Shown piece by piece: positions 1 through 13,810 of a stretch of 64,000 bases of DNA. The position numbers and the translations under genes are program-made. The stretch's first letter is position 1. Each line of letters opens with the position of its first letter. The notes beneath the pieces are model-generated. The model saw only the letters and a program-made list of their open reading frames with translations, did no database searches and was not told the DNA's origin. The stretch is from Eledone cirrhosa (taxonomy: Eukaryota), in NCBI GenBank assembly GCA_964016885.1, contig OZ024742.1:332444001-332508000 (forward strand), read 5' to 3'.

Positions 1-264
1 ATACGCGTCAGAGAGAGAGAGTGAGAGAGAGATAGAGAGAGACGGAGGGAGGGAGAGTGAGAGAGAGACATATGTGCTGTTCTATTCTTTGTGTGGTGGT
101 GGTGGTGGTGGCGGTAGTAGTGGTGGGGTTATTGACGGATTGTTATTGCTTTGGCCAATTTCTTCTACGATATCCATGTCTTGACCAATGCTTTGTGATT
201 GTAATTTGTTAACTTTATATGTCCGTCGAGTATAGTGAGATTATATATGTATGCATATTCATAT

Positions 265-320
<56 letters not shown>

Positions 321-406
321 AAAGGTAAACAGGAATAACAACACAATCGGTACAGTATTTGGATAGGATATATTAGGTTAACACTTGATATAGCAGGAAG
401 AGGGTC

Positions 407-440
407 TTAACATTTCGGACGCTAGTCCTTCATCAGAAGA
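407..440 (-). ncRNA. Minimal type-I hammerhead ribozyme (PLE pLTR-like)
   Basis: Minus strand reads TCTT-CTGATGA-A-GGAC tagc GTCC-GAAA-TG-TT-AAGA. Both core boxes are present, with a 4-bp stem II, a 4-bp stem I (TCTT/AAGA) and a minimal stem III. Confidence 0.75.
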
Positions 441-578
441 AAGAATGATAAATAAGATAGATTGAAGGGGCGGGTGGGTTGTAATTGGAAAATATGTCTT
501 TAGATAAAAATAACAGGTCCATTCATCTTGACATTTCTGAAAACTGTTGGTGCTGGCGTTTTGTGTATGATATATAGA

Positions 579-683
579 AAAAGAGTCAGAGCCCCGACAG
601 CTGAGCTCCGGCCGTTTCAACAGCTAGGTCAGACCTAGCTATCGAAACGGCCAGAGCTCAGCCGTCGGGATCCTAACTCTTTT
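579..683 (-). repeat. 52-bp-arm imperfect hairpin
   Basis: Arms 579-630 and 632-683 are reverse complements with 8 transition mismatches, 7 of which are G-U pairs on the minus strand. Confidence 0.9.
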
Positions 684-771
684 CCTACTCTACTACCTAG
701 TTTCGAGTACTTTGGTGCGTATGGTCCACCTGGTTACCTACCACACTTCCTTCGTTGTATATATATATAGG

Positions 772-831
<60 letters not shown>

Positions 832-924
832 TATATATATGTGTGTATGTCCCAAAGCAGTGAGCATTGTTACTCTCGAGTCTCACCTACACACTCACAG
901 AATCATCAGAAAAGACTATTATAT

Positions 925-990
<66 letters not shown>

Positions 991-1595
991 CACATATGTA
1001 TGTGCGTGTATGTGTGAGTGTGTGTGTCTGTGTGGGTGACTGTGTGTGTGTGTGTGTAAGTGTATGTGCTTGCGTATGTGTGTGTAAGTGTAACAGTCAT
1101 ACATAAATCGAAATAAATCCATCTCTATTTCGTTGTTCCTTAAAAGCTCAATGGGAATTAAATAGGAAAATTATCATATTCCTGAGAATACACGTGCAAT
1201 AATATTACAGAAAGAATAACAATTATATTTTGTAATACATGGGTCTAGACAAAAGTAATCAGATCATATCAGCAGTTTCTGTGTAAAAATTCCCACTCAC
1301 AAGTCATTGGTCTATCGGAGGGTATAGAAATAGTTGACTGGGACGGGATCATAAAATACGTGGTTACATTTTAAACTACTACAGCAGACAGCCATGTTAA
1401 GGAACTCTAAAATATCGCTATACTATAACAGCAAAAGAAAGTCGTGTGAGAAACCTTATGTAAAATGTACTAATCGATAAATGGTTCCCTCTTCTCTAAG
1501 ATTTGTGATTTTCATTATTTTTTCTATTCCCTTACTCCTGCCAACCCACACACCGTTTCCTTTTCCGCATCTCGCTTTCTCTACTTCATTCTCAT

Positions 1596-1634
<39 letters not shown>

Positions 1635-1791
1635 CTCACTCTCTCTGTCTCTCTCTCCATTTCTTTCTCTCTCTCTCTCTCTCTCACTCTTTATGTATCT
1701 ATCCATGTATATGTATATATATATATATATATGTGTGTCTGTATGTGCGCGTCTGTGTGTGTGTGTGTATGTATATGCATATATGTGTGTG

Positions 1792-1827
<36 letters not shown>

Positions 1828-2160
1828 TATATATACATATATATATACATACGCACGCATACACATAAAAAACGCACGAGCTCACAAACAAACGAAAACA
1901 CACGCAGACACACTACTTGATCACACACAAATACTCACAAATACCAAAATCTCCTTCCCCTGCCCCTCTTTATCTTCCCTCTACTTTTATCCATAATTTA
2001 CAGTTAAACAACGACAAAAAAAAATTCTATGATAAAGTGCATCAAGAAAAGACAAACTTGCATCTTACAACACGTGCACCTTCCCTGCAGTGGCGTATGT
2101 ACTTTTAGCAAGATTTATCTGCACAAACATTGTCATGTGGTGCACAATGATTACTATACT

Positions 2161-2197
<37 letters not shown>

Positions 2198-4127
2198 CAG
2201 CAGCAGCAGCAACAAACGCTGCAACACTACTATTGCCTTAAAAACAAAAATCACCACCTGTACTTACGCCACTAGTTCGAAGACAACGACAACGAGCACA
2301 ATCACAATAACAAAAGCAACACTACTATTAGCAATACCACCACCACCACCACCCCCAGTAATACAACTCTGTTCTTCAGTCGCCTACCACCAACACCAAC
2401 ACCAACAACGACACCTTTTCAACATGTTTTCATTAATGGAACTGCAATTTATGCGCTCGATATTTAGAAAAATTCATCAAACATTCTTAAAATCACATTC
2501 CGACAGCACCGTTACATTCAGCAATGTAGATCTACATACACTAACACGAATCATTGTGGCAAGAACGCATTTAATGATAGGCGGAGCTGGTGCCTGGTTA
2601 TTTAGCACCCGTATAAGTGTGGGTTCGCTTGCGGCTAAAAATATATTAGTGTCAAACAAAATTACACTGTGCGCCCCGTACTCCCAAATATAATAAATTC
2701 AACTGGCTAACTTACAAAACTACTTTTTGACACTTCTTGCTTTTACTATACGAAGAAAATTAAGGCTGAATGTTTTTTCTACTAGAGTCGAAATTTTGGA
2801 TGGTTTCATAACACTGCAACGCGGTAAATATGTTTAGTGAATTATGTATTGTTCGCAAGGAATTCTACTTTTAATAGAATTATACACCATTCTATAAAAC
2901 TGATCCTTTCATGCACAATAATATGCAGCTCGGTGGTGTATGTCTGCGTAATTGACCTTAATGGTAGAGTCGGCCCTAATCTGGGTGGGTTTGCTTGCGG
3001 CGAAAATACAATATATTAGTGTCTAGCATACCTACCAAAGTCAAATTTACCTTCCATCCATTCGGAATCGATAAAGCAAATACCAGTCAAATACTAAGTT
3101 TTAACTAACTATACCCACCTCCCAAATGTCAGCATTGATCAAAATGAATTATGATCAAACGCATTCTATACATGATCACACCGTTTTCGATTCTTGGTTT
3201 ACATTATTCAACGTGTTCTTTATTTTTAAAGATGTGATTTGAGGGGAGATTTGGCTGCTATTATCAGCAAGTTAAAATGCCGGCATCTGCTTTACTCGTG
3301 GTGGTGACCATTTCTTGTTTCAGGTATAGTAACACTGGCAGCGAGATAGAAGTTGGTGGGGGTGATTGTGTTGGTGGTGATAGGGATTGTTGATTCTGTT
3401 GTAGGGCTGATAATGTTGCCGTTGGTTGTTGTTGTGGTTTATGTGATAGTGGTAGTTGTGGGGGTAGTGGTGGTGGTGTTGGAGGTGGTAGTGGTGTTGG
3501 TGGTGGTGATGGTGGTTGGGTGGTTGTAATGGTTACGCTGAGGTGTTAAGTCATAAGAATGTTCATGCTTTAGTAGAGGTGGTTGTGTTGATGGTGGTGA
3601 TGGTATTGGCGCTTGTAGTGAGTTAGTGGTCGTGTTTGTGGTGGCGCTGAAGGTATGGCGTTAATTAATGCCAGTTCATTACTGTCTGCCTGTCTGTCTA
3701 TTACTGGAGAAGTTGCCGTAGGACATGGCTGTATCGTCATTGCAGCCATCAATCGGATATGTAGATTTTGAGTAGTTTACTTATTTCTTTATTTATTCAT
3801 TTATTGACTGCAACACATATTTCCTTCCTGTTACTTCCGGTAATTCCAAGACAGAAAATTACTTCTCTAGAGGAATGACTCATAACACAGTTAAGTCTCT
3901 CTCACTAATTCCTACCAATCAACCAATCCAGGCAGACATATCGAACACACATTTAGAGATCGTGACAAATTCAAGCTTCCGACCTATTAATTAGCTTCTA
4001 CTTCTCTGTGACTGACGCAACACTAAATTGGAGTTCATTCTTGCAATTAGTTCCTAATTTCGAAACCAGTACTAATTGATAAAGACATTTATTATTATTA
4101 TGACAATTATTATTATTACAATTACAA

Positions 4128-4276
4128 GGCGGTGGATTGGCAGTATCGGTAGAGGATCGGATGCCATGCTTTGAAGTATAGAGTTACCTCCCTGTATGAT
4201 CTGAGTTCAAATCCCGCCGAGGTTAACTTTGTCTTTCATCCTTCCGGGGTCGATAGAATAAAGTACCAGTAATGCA
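4128..4276 (+). mobile_element. tRNA-derived SINE family A
   Basis: A-box-like TGGCAGTATCGG, B-box GAGTTCAAATCCC and body gccgaggttaactttg-ctttcatcc-cggggtcgata-aataaagtaccagt, repeated many times in the window. Confidence 0.85.
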
Positions 4277-4305
4277 TTTATTATTATTATTATTATTATT
4301 ATTAT

Positions 4306-5279
4306 CAAGCGAAGACCGAGAAGGACCGCTTGGAGACTGGAATGTCTTCAGGCGCTCACAGCCCTCGACCAGTCGGTCAATGTGATCGGTGGAAACTCCA
4401 CCTTGGCTTTCTATAGAGGATTAGTGGAGGGGAAGAACGACGACGTACTTAGGGAAACTCTAGGCATTGACGAAAATGAACTAGCCAATCTCTTCGCAAG
4501 AACTTTCGGGCCGGGTCCTATAGACAATTTCCAGAAATCCCTGGCCTGGCAGTGTTACCGAGGAGCTTACCCAGTTCGGGAAAAACTCTACAGGCACGGA
4601 AGTGCTGTCAGCCGGGCATGTCCGAGATGCGCGCAGGGCGACAAAAGGGTCCTGCATGTACTCATCCAGTGTCCGAGCATTGCTGACTTGTGTGTTTATG
4701 TCGAACACAGCTGTCCTGTGTAGAACGGATCTGGCTATCAGCTGAGTACATCGCGAGGATTGCCCCGCCATCTTCCTTTAGCCGGGAAGGGCAGGAAGCT
4801 TTTATCTGTCTGGTGGCCTGGCGAAATAGATAGTATGGTGGACGCATCTGAAAGACGAGTACTTACCTCTTCAGCGATGCCCTGATTAACTTCTTCAAAT
4901 TTCATTTGAAAAGGAAAATCAGGGTAGAGAGGGAAGTGCTCTCTTCCCAGCATTTTGTTGAAAGATGGGTGAGAGAGCCAAGAATGGCCCTAGTGAATGG
5001 ACCTACTCTGAGTATATGCCTGTAAATTGAAGGTGGAAAACTGGGAGAGGGCACTTGCCCTGGTAGTCAGGTTCACCGTGGCTTTTTTCAATGGGCTTTC
5101 TCCACGATGGCCCTCAGATGTCTCCCCCTATTGGGAAATTTTTCATGTTCTTTTTGTGTTATATCCTCTGTTTTGGGTTTTTTTTTACACGCAGAAATGC
5201 CCATTTGTACCGTCCTGTATTGTCATGTACTGTCCTTAATGTCTACTTTGTGTAAACCCTTGTGGTTAATATAGAAAGC

Positions 5280-5282
<3 letters not shown>
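4306..5282 (+). mobile_element. 5'-truncated L1/Tx1-like LINE (ORF2 C-terminus and 3' UTR)
   Basis: Encodes CPRCAQGDKRVLHVLIQC zinc knuckle, is homologous to 10040-11050 and is flanked on both sides by (ATT)n. Confidence 0.9.
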
Positions 5283-5316
<34 letters not shown>

Positions 5317-5538
5317 TTATTGGTTGGTGAAGCCAGGCTTCTTATCGCCTCCAGTCTTTTTGAACGTTTTACCTCTTTTTCAACCGTTCTAAACCTTTTA
5401 TTCAAGTTTTAAATTTGATAAAAGTTTAGAAGAAGTGACCCGCCTAATACAGGGGTTCACTAGGAAATAATACGGCACCCCGTTAAGGGGTGTCGTATTC
5501 GTATTTGTGTAAAAATATTTTTTTTGAAAAATTTCAAC

Positions 5539-7533
5539 ATGGATAATACAAAGAGAGAGAGCGCTGTCAGACAACACAGAGAGAGGGAGACTTTATCAGC
5601 ATGTCAACAAGACAGCGTTCCAGCGGAGGTAAATATAAACGAAAATATTACAAACGAAAAAAAGATTGTTACAGATTTAAGATTACCAAATATTTCTAAC
5701 ACAAGCAACACCAACAATAACACCAACAACATCACCAAAAATAACAGCGGTAAAGTCGAGAACGACAATAACAAAAATAACAGCGGTAAGGTCGAGAACG
5801 ACAATAACAATGACAATAACAACAGCCACAACAACAATAATAGTAGGAACAGTATCAACAAAAACAACAATAATAACAACAGCCACAATAACAGTAATAG
5901 CAGCAACAGTATCAACGAAAACAACACCAACAACTGTACCAACGAAAAGAACAACAATGACACCGATACCTGTAATAGCGACCTCAGCACCACCAGTAAA
6001 ACCAGTAGCGGCAGCTATAGTGGTGCTGCTGAAAAAAGGGACCACTTCTTTTGCAGGTGTCGCCCGAAATATCGAGACAGTGTTAGTCACAGAGGAGGAG
6101 ATGGCAGTCGCAAGGGCCATGGGGACAAGAAGCGCAAATAGAGTTTCCCTGAAACCTCGACCCGATTTTTTCAAGGACCAGCATCTACAGACGGTGACTT
6201 ACCGCACCGTTAGCAAAATCTCACATCGAGTGGAGAGAGCCACGGAGGCTCAAATCCCAAATGCCTTGGGGTGCGTCTGGGCACGCAAAACCCACATCAC
6301 CCGAGGCAGAAAGTACGCCACAGTAGACGTACTTTTCGCCACCCCCCAGGAAGCAAAGTCTCACTCTTTGGAAACCCTAAAGAGTGAGGAGTTAGTCTTG
6401 GTGCCTCCTACTGCGGGCAGAAAATTGTGAGGTTCAAAGTGACCCAGGTCCCACCCGACGTGCCCATACCTTGGCTGGCCGCGTCTGTCCTTGCTGGAAT
6501 TGAGAACAGGGCGACCATGCTGCAAGTAGGAAAAATAGGGAGAGAGAACTGGTCAGGTATAGGCATGCAAATGCTTATACAAACTGACCAGGAATGTATC
6601 GAGGCTATCCCCGATATCATAGACTTCGAGGAAGGACTCCAACTCCCTATAAGTGTAGAAGGAAGACGGCCAAAATGTTATCTCTGTGGGTCGAAAGGTC
6701 ACCTCAGGGCCTTTTGCCCGCAGAAGACACCGAAGAGGGCCCCTCTCCTTCCAATACCTGGTCCGCTGCTACCAAGAGCAGGACAGGCAACAAACTAAGA
6801 CGCCCCTTCCACTGTGAGTAGGAGGGCAACATCCGTAGCACCCGTACCAAGGCCACGGATAACTAAAGCAGCATCATCAGTAGCGGCAACACCAATAGCT
6901 ACATTTGAAATAGCTACACCAGCAACAAAATTGCCGAAGAGGACTCCACTACCACCACCAACAGCCGTGGAGCACACACTCCTCCCAGTCGCCACAGAAT
7001 CCGACATGTAGTTTGCGGCGGGAGTGACGTGGCAAACAGTCTGCCACAAAAAACAAAAAAGAAAAAAACCCTTAGATTCACCCTCCGAAAGCGAAGGCAT
7101 ACACAGAAGGGTAAAGGCAGCAAGGAAACTTACAGCAACACCACCACAAACACCAACAACACAAACACAACAAGACACACACACCAAACAGCAACAGGAA
7201 GAAAACGGCAACAAAATCACCCCTCCCCCCAAAAAGTACACAGCCATAAACATAGCAAAAAAAGAACTCATGAAATATATTAAGCAGCACACAGACATCA
7301 CGGAAAAAAACTACTACACCCCACCAACACCAAGAACTCTCCCGACAAACATAAGCACCATCGAAATCTCAATAGAACAATACAAACCTTTAAAACAAAA
7401 ATTCACCAACGCAGTTGGAGACTTCAGAGGGACGGTTACCAAGAGGATATACACTGACATCCTCTTGGAAACACCCATGACCAGCGAAAGAGTCGGTGCT
7501 AGTGTCCCTTCACCACACGAACAAGGTAAGTGA
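5539..7533 (+). pseudogene. LINE ORF1 (gag-like nucleic-acid-binding protein), frameshifted
   Basis: Overlapping ORF pieces 5524-6141, 5810-6430, 6427-6798, 6814-7011 and 7024-7533. Contains CYLCGSKGHLRAFC (CX2CX4HX4C) and Thr/Pro-rich tracts. Confidence 0.8.
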
Positions 7534-7565
7534 CCCTTTCTCATTTGCCCCGTTTCTCATCCAAC

Positions 7566-10500
7566 ATGGCTGTACTCAGAATAGGCAGTATAAATGCACG
7601 TGGCCTGGGGTGATCTTGGAAGCAGGGTCACCTGCTCAATGACCTCAGTTCACTAAACATAGATGTGGTGGCCATCAGTGAAACCAGAATCTCCGAGGCA
7701 CGGGCCTTCGCACCGATCTTCGGCGGCTACGTTGTATATGCATCTCCCAGCCGTCCAGGATCGGGGTGAAGGGTTACCGTCCTTTTTCGAAGAGGTGTGG
7801 ATCTCGCGATACGGGCCATTTTCCTGGACCCAGAAGGTAAGTCGGAGGTGCTGCACGTGACCGGCAGCGAAGGCAATGCTTTCAGGCTAGTAGCCGTCTA
7901 CGCCCCAACAGGGGCAGAACGGCCAGATTTCTTCAGGCGTCTAGAGACCTTTCTTGGAACGTCCCGCTCTTTAGTGTGAGTGGGCGACTGGAACGGTATC
8001 TTGGATGCACGCTGGAATCGTGTGGGGCTAGTGGATAGAGGAGGAGGGTGCAAAGCCTCACCAACCTGCTCAGACGTTTTGAACTGTCTGACAGGTATCG
8101 ACTGGATCACCCGAATGTGCCAATGTGGACATGGACAAACTGCATCGGGTCATCCAGATCGTATCTAGATAGGGTATTCTGCAGGGAACTAGATGAGGCT
8201 AGTATAACTTGTCCACAATTTAAAATAGTCGACTACACAGACCACAAATTTGTGATCTGTGTGATCGACATAGACATACTTCATAGACAAGGGCTTGGTT
8301 ACTGGAAGCTGAATGCGTCTTTCCCGGCGTGCAAGGCTTACAGAGACTGGATTAGCGTATTAGTTAAGCGGGCGTTAACGGGAGCCGTCGTCAACAACAG
8401 GTGATGGTTCGCCTTGAAAAGGGCAATTAAAGTAGAGTCGATTAGGTTTAGCAAAGGAGTAGTGATAGAGGAAAATAGAGTAGAGGGAGAGCTAGTCAGA
8501 AAGCTAGAAGTGGCGTTTAGGACAGGCATCGCAGCCGACGTACTTGCGGCGAGATTGGCACTCGACCAATTCTTCAACGCAAAACACGAAGGCTGCGTTG
8601 TCAGAGCTAGAGCGCGTGCTCTGAAACACGAGGGGACAAAAGCCGTCCAATGGGCCCGGGTGGCAGAGGCGCGACGTGGCAATAAAGCCACAATTCGGTC
8701 ATTGTCTGACCAAAACGGGTGCGTGATGCTCGAACCCAAGCGGATGTGTGAAGCTTTTCAGCAGCACTTTGCTGAACTGTTCGGGAGCGGCGGCGGCCCG
8801 GATCGGGGCATGGACTTCAGTGCATACCTCGACGGACTGCCTAGGCTATCGACGACCGCAGCACAGTGTTGCGAAAAGCCAATAACAGCCGGTGAAATAC
8901 GGGAAGCGATGGCTAACTGCACAAGAGGTAAATCGCCAGGTTTAGATGGTCTGCCCTACGAGCTTTATGCATTTATGCCAGACTTGTTCGGTGACGTCTT
9001 GGCAGACGTCTACAGCAAGTGGCAGCAGAACAGGAGCATTCCCATTTTTGTGAGCCGGGGAGCAGTGGCGCTGCTGAGAAAAGACCCTAACAAGGGGGTT
9101 GTTATTGATAATTTCAGGCCCATAACCCTGCTAAACGCAGAGTTCAAGATTTTGGCCAAGGTGTTAGCAACGAGGTTGGCGCTTGTCGTCAAGGGTCTGG
9201 TGGGAGAGGTGCAGACATGCGCCATTCCGGACAGATCCATACACGACAACCTCCACCTCATGCGATACATCATAGAGAGGGTGGTTAAGGAACCTGGCAA
9301 GGGTGGGGCCCTGATCAACTTGGATCAATCCAAAGCATTCGATAGGGTCGACCATCGGTACCTGGCAGCGGCCTCGAAGCAGCCTATTTCGGGCCCGTTT
9401 TCAGGGGTTGGATCGCAGCAATATAAAGCGACATCTGCTCAGTTGTGAGGGTGAACGGTCACCTGTCGGATCCGTTCAGCATCATGCGCTCAGTCCGCCA
9501 GGTTTGTCCCCTCTCGTCCCTCTTGTACGTTTTGGCTCTCGAGCCGTTACTGCACAAACTGGGGGCGATGAGGGTCGTCCCACGCGAACTAGGATGCGGG
9601 AAATCCGATTCGGCTTACGCTGACGACGTCTCTGTAAAACTGGAACGAGGTAACGAGAAAGGTGGCCTCCCTCACCCAGAAATGGGCTGAGAGGAAGCTG
9701 TCCCTGAAAGGCCGGGCGGAAGTGGCGAATGCGTACATCGCATCCGTCATCTGCTACCGTCTCACCGTCGTCCCTTGCTCCAGCCCAACTCTCACCAAAA
9801 TGGAGCGCCTCCTCTTCCGCTTTTTGTGGAAGGGACGCGCTCTCATGGTCAGACGATCCATCTGCTGTCAACACCCGTTGCGTGGAGGACTGGGCATGCC
9901 ATGGCTGATGATGCACAAACATGCGCTGAGGCTGCGACATCTCTGGTGCTTCCTTGATGGTGAATGGGTGTGATAGCCGTTCGCCAGGTACATTTTCGCA
10001 CAGCTCGTCTCCTTGACGGAGCTGCAGTCTTGGGTCAGAAAAAGACCGAGGGATAGCGCTTGGAAACTGGAATGTCTCCAGGCGCTCACTGCCCTCTCCC
10101 AGTTGGGCACCAGTATCGGTGGAACATACACCTCGGGGTTCTATAGAGGACTAGTGGAGGGGAAGGGCGACGACATTCTCGGAGAGATCCTGGGCGTCGA
10201 AGAAGATCAGCTGTTTGCTCTCTTCCCGAGAACTTTCAGCCCGGGGCCTATGGATAACTTCCCAAAATCCCTGGCCTGGCTGTGCTACCGGGGAGCGCTG
10301 TCGGTTCTAGATAAGCTCTACAGGCACGGATGTGCCGTGAGCCGAGCCTGTCCGAGATGCGCGCATAGCGACGAAACCGTTGTGCACGCACTCGTTCAGT
10401 GCCCGAGCATTGCTGACTTGTAGAGCTATGTCGAACAGTTGCTGTCACGTGTGGGACTGATCCGTTTGTCGACTGAGTCCATTGTGCAGATGGTCTCGCC

Positions 10501-10760
10501 GTCTTCCTTTGAGGAGGAAGGGCAGGCGGTTTTCATCTGCCTGGTGGCCATGGCGAAAGAGATTGTGTGGTGGACAAGGTTAAAAGGATTAAAGACAAAC
10601 ACTTTCCTCTTCGGCTAATCCCTAATTAACTTTTTCAAGTTTCACTTGAAGAGAAAAATCAGGGTGGAGAGGCAAGTGCTGCTTTCTAGCAAGTTTGTTG
10701 AAAGAAGATGGGTGAATGTAGCGAGAATGGTCCGAGTGAACTCTGAATATACGTCTGTAG
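7566..10760 (+). pseudogene. LINE ORF2: APE endonuclease, reverse transcriptase and zinc knuckle, disrupted
   Basis: Motifs MAVLRIGSINARGL, VYAP, GDWN, SYLDRV, TDH, GYWKLN, KSPGLDGLP, NFRPITLLN, LDQSKAFDRVDH, SVRQVCPLS, AYADD, LSLKGR, GGLG and CPRC..ETVVHALVQC, with several stops and frameshifts. Confidence 0.93.
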
Positions 10761-11045
10761 TTTGAGATATGGAAAAATTGAGAGAGGGCGCTTGCCCTGG
10801 TAGTCAGGGTGGCCGTGGTCTTTTGTGTGGTTTTCGCCACGAGTAACCCTCGGAGGTTTCCCCCCTATTGGGGAATTTTTCATTGTTTCAATTTTCATTT
10901 TATTGTTTATATATATATGTTTTATGTCTTTTTTCTTTTCTTATATAAATAATAAAAATATTTACACGCACAAAACCCACATCGTACCGTCCTGTTCCGT
11001 CTGAGATGTTTTTCTTGATGTCAGCCCTTGTGGCCAATAAAGAAA

Positions 11046-11086
<41 letters not shown>

Positions 11087-11720
11087 GATATTATAAATCA
11101 TACGAGTATTTGGCACCTATTGCTAGTGGATGTGAGCAATGTACAAAAAGACGATATGAAACCCGGCAAGATCTTATACCAAAATAGTCCTTTAGAAGCT
11201 GTGCAAAAATACAATAACGAAATACAGTGTCAGTGGTAGGAACATACTCATCTTGAATCATGCCTATCAGTCGAGGGAGTAAAGTGTTTTGGGGACATCA
11301 AGATCAAATCAGCAAACAAAGCCCAACCCATCCACTCTGATATTGCTGTAAAAACAAAGAAAAAATAACCCTTAAAATAGATTCTAATTGATATTGAGTT
11401 CCCTCAAGACAACAATGCAGCTGAAAAGGAAATGGAAAAGTTGAATAAGCATGCAGGTCTTGCTGGTGGTATTAACAGAAAACACCATGTAAAGACAGCA
11501 GTCGTGCGAATCGACATTGGATGCTAGGCGCAATCCCTAAACGCTTTATGCATTTCATCAAAAGCCTTGGGATCGCCAACTTCATAGACAGTGCCCAAAA
11601 GTATATCACCAGCGCTGCCTGAATCTTGCGTTATACATTGAACCTCTCAGATAAAGGACTGATCTGTGGCCAAATAACATGCTTCACATAGCAAGCAATT
11701 GCTAGAGAAACCTTACAAAA
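11087..11720 (+). mobile_element. Decayed 3' fragment of an R4/Dong-type LINE (RLE domain)
   Basis: Broken frames give V..WDIKI, LIDIEFPQDNNAAEKEMEKLNKHAGL and LGAIP, collinear with the RLE domain at 36972-37350. Confidence 0.7.
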
Positions 11721-11847
11721 CTTAATTATTAATTTGTTATGGAACCTCTACATAATATTCTAATATTACTGGACATTATGCTTATATCTAACGGGCAATT
11801 CACACCACATTAAACTTTAATAAGTAATTAAAAGTATTCAGATATAT

Positions 11848-12006
11848 AATTGTTTCTACTTTTGACACAAGGCCAGCAATTACCCAGTTCATTACTGATA
11901 CTTTATTTTATCGACCCCGTAAGGATGAAAGGCAAAGTTAACCTCGGCGGGATTTGAACTCAGGTCATAAAGGGTCGTAACTCTTTGCTGCAAAGCATGG
12001 CGTCCG
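11848..12006 (-). mobile_element. SINE family A
   Basis: Reverse complement of the family A body and tail. Confidence 0.85.
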
Positions 12007-12294
12007 AATGTTGTTTCGTTTGCTCCATCTGTTTCTCTCATGTGCTAAAACAAGTTCTTCAACAATAGGTCTACTTAAAAACAACAACCAGAAAGATAAC
12101 AGCGACGATGAACCAATGAGCGAGACACCCTATAGGAAATCGTTATGCTACAAACAGTACCAGCTGCATCACTCGACATATGAAGGAATGTATTCTGCTA
12201 TATAATGTCTGTGGAGGCAGATGGTTACATCTGGAAGCTCTTTGGTGATAGATCCACTTGAGAACAACATTATCAACATGGGCAATTCATGATA

Positions 12295-12410
12295 GTAAGA
12301 GCAACGTAAAATAATGTATTTTGCTCAAGAAAACAACATACCCCACGCCCCAGGAATCGAACCCATGACATTATAATCATGAGTGCAACACCCTAACTAC
12401 TAGGTCATGT
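12295..12410 (-). mobile_element. tRNA-derived SINE family B, decayed
   Basis: Similar to 56116-56233; B-box GGTTCGATTCC followed by cttgagcaa. Confidence 0.6.
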
Positions 12411-13048
12411 GATTTTTAACAACACCACGATTGTAAATAACCAAAAGACAAAAATGTGATGGAATGTAAAGCTTGAAGAAAAGAAGGCATTCATGTTTCT
12501 TAAACATGTGTGATTATTGTAATTTCTGTTCTTTCACACAATTACAGCAGGGAGAGCTCCAGATGTGTGCATGGGAATCAAGAGGATGGTGTCAGGGATG
12601 ATGATGGGGAACGTGGTTATGATGATGATCGTCTTTCTGTGGTTTATCATTATGATGATGATGATGATGATGATGATGGAGATTGTGGTAGTGTTGAGGG
12701 CTAAGATGCTGATATTGATGATAGCAATGGTGATGATGACAATGATCATGATAGTGGTGCTATTGAGAATGAACGATGATGGTGGTAATAATGATGATGG
12801 TGATCATGGCGATCATGAATGTGATGATGATGATGACAAAGATGATGATAATGATAATAATGATGATGGTTATGATGGTTAAGATGGATGGGATGTTGGT
12901 GAAGGGAAGAAGAAATATAACAACAGTCATATCAACTACAACAACAACAACATCAGACACAACAAGAAATGTCACATTTTTTTCAAGGTAAAATAAGAAG
13001 AAACGAAAACGAAAATCTAACAGGATGTTAGCAAACAAATTACCGAAA

Positions 13049-13145
<97 letters not shown>
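13049..13145. repeat. (GTA)n microsatellite
   Basis: Perfect trinucleotide run. It lies next to (GAT)n-rich 12590-12890 and (CTA)n-rich 13235-13367. Confidence 0.97.
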
Positions 13146-13146
<1 letters not shown>

Positions 13147-13328
13147 TGAGGAGGAGGAGGAGGACAGGGAAAGGAGGAGGAGGGGATAGGTGGTCGAGAA
13201 ATTGTAGAGGAAAGAAGAAAAGTAGACAGCGAATACTACTACTACTACTCCTTCTTATCTACTATAACTACTACTCCTTCTACTACTACTTCTCCTTCTA
13301 CTACTACTACTACTCCTACTACTCCTAG

Positions 13329-13367
<39 letters not shown>

Positions 13368-13691
13368 ATTAAACTAAAGAACAACAAAAACATTAGCAAT
13401 AATGAATGGATCAAGAATTAGGAAAGAAACGTGAAGATGATGACAAGAGATACAAACAATTGTAATGGGAAACAAATCACGTGAGAAAGTGTCAAAATAC
13501 GATTGAAGAAAAAAGTCTAGCCGGGAAGAAACAACATCAACAACACAACAACAGTAACAATAATAATAATAATTTAATAATAATAAATAACAGAAAATAT
13601 AGTTCGGTTTGAAACATGCCATTTTTTGGCAATATTTTTATAGAACTAAGTTTTCAACCTGATTTCAGATGATATTCCCCGCCCTAAGCAT

Positions 13692-13810
<119 letters not shown>

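Larger units (their letters stand above)
5322..11050 (+). mobile_element. Near-full-length L1/Tx1-like non-LTR retrotransposon, decayed
   Basis: Order is 5' UTR, ORF1 with a CCHC knuckle, ORF2 with APE, RT and a C-terminal zinc knuckle, then a 3' UTR ending AATAAAGAAATC. It is embedded in (ATT)n on both sides. Confidence 0.93.

Noticed and set aside
5604-6174. Leu/Val-rich minus-strand ORFs
   Set aside because: These are antisense shadows of the (AAC)-rich part of LINE ORF1.
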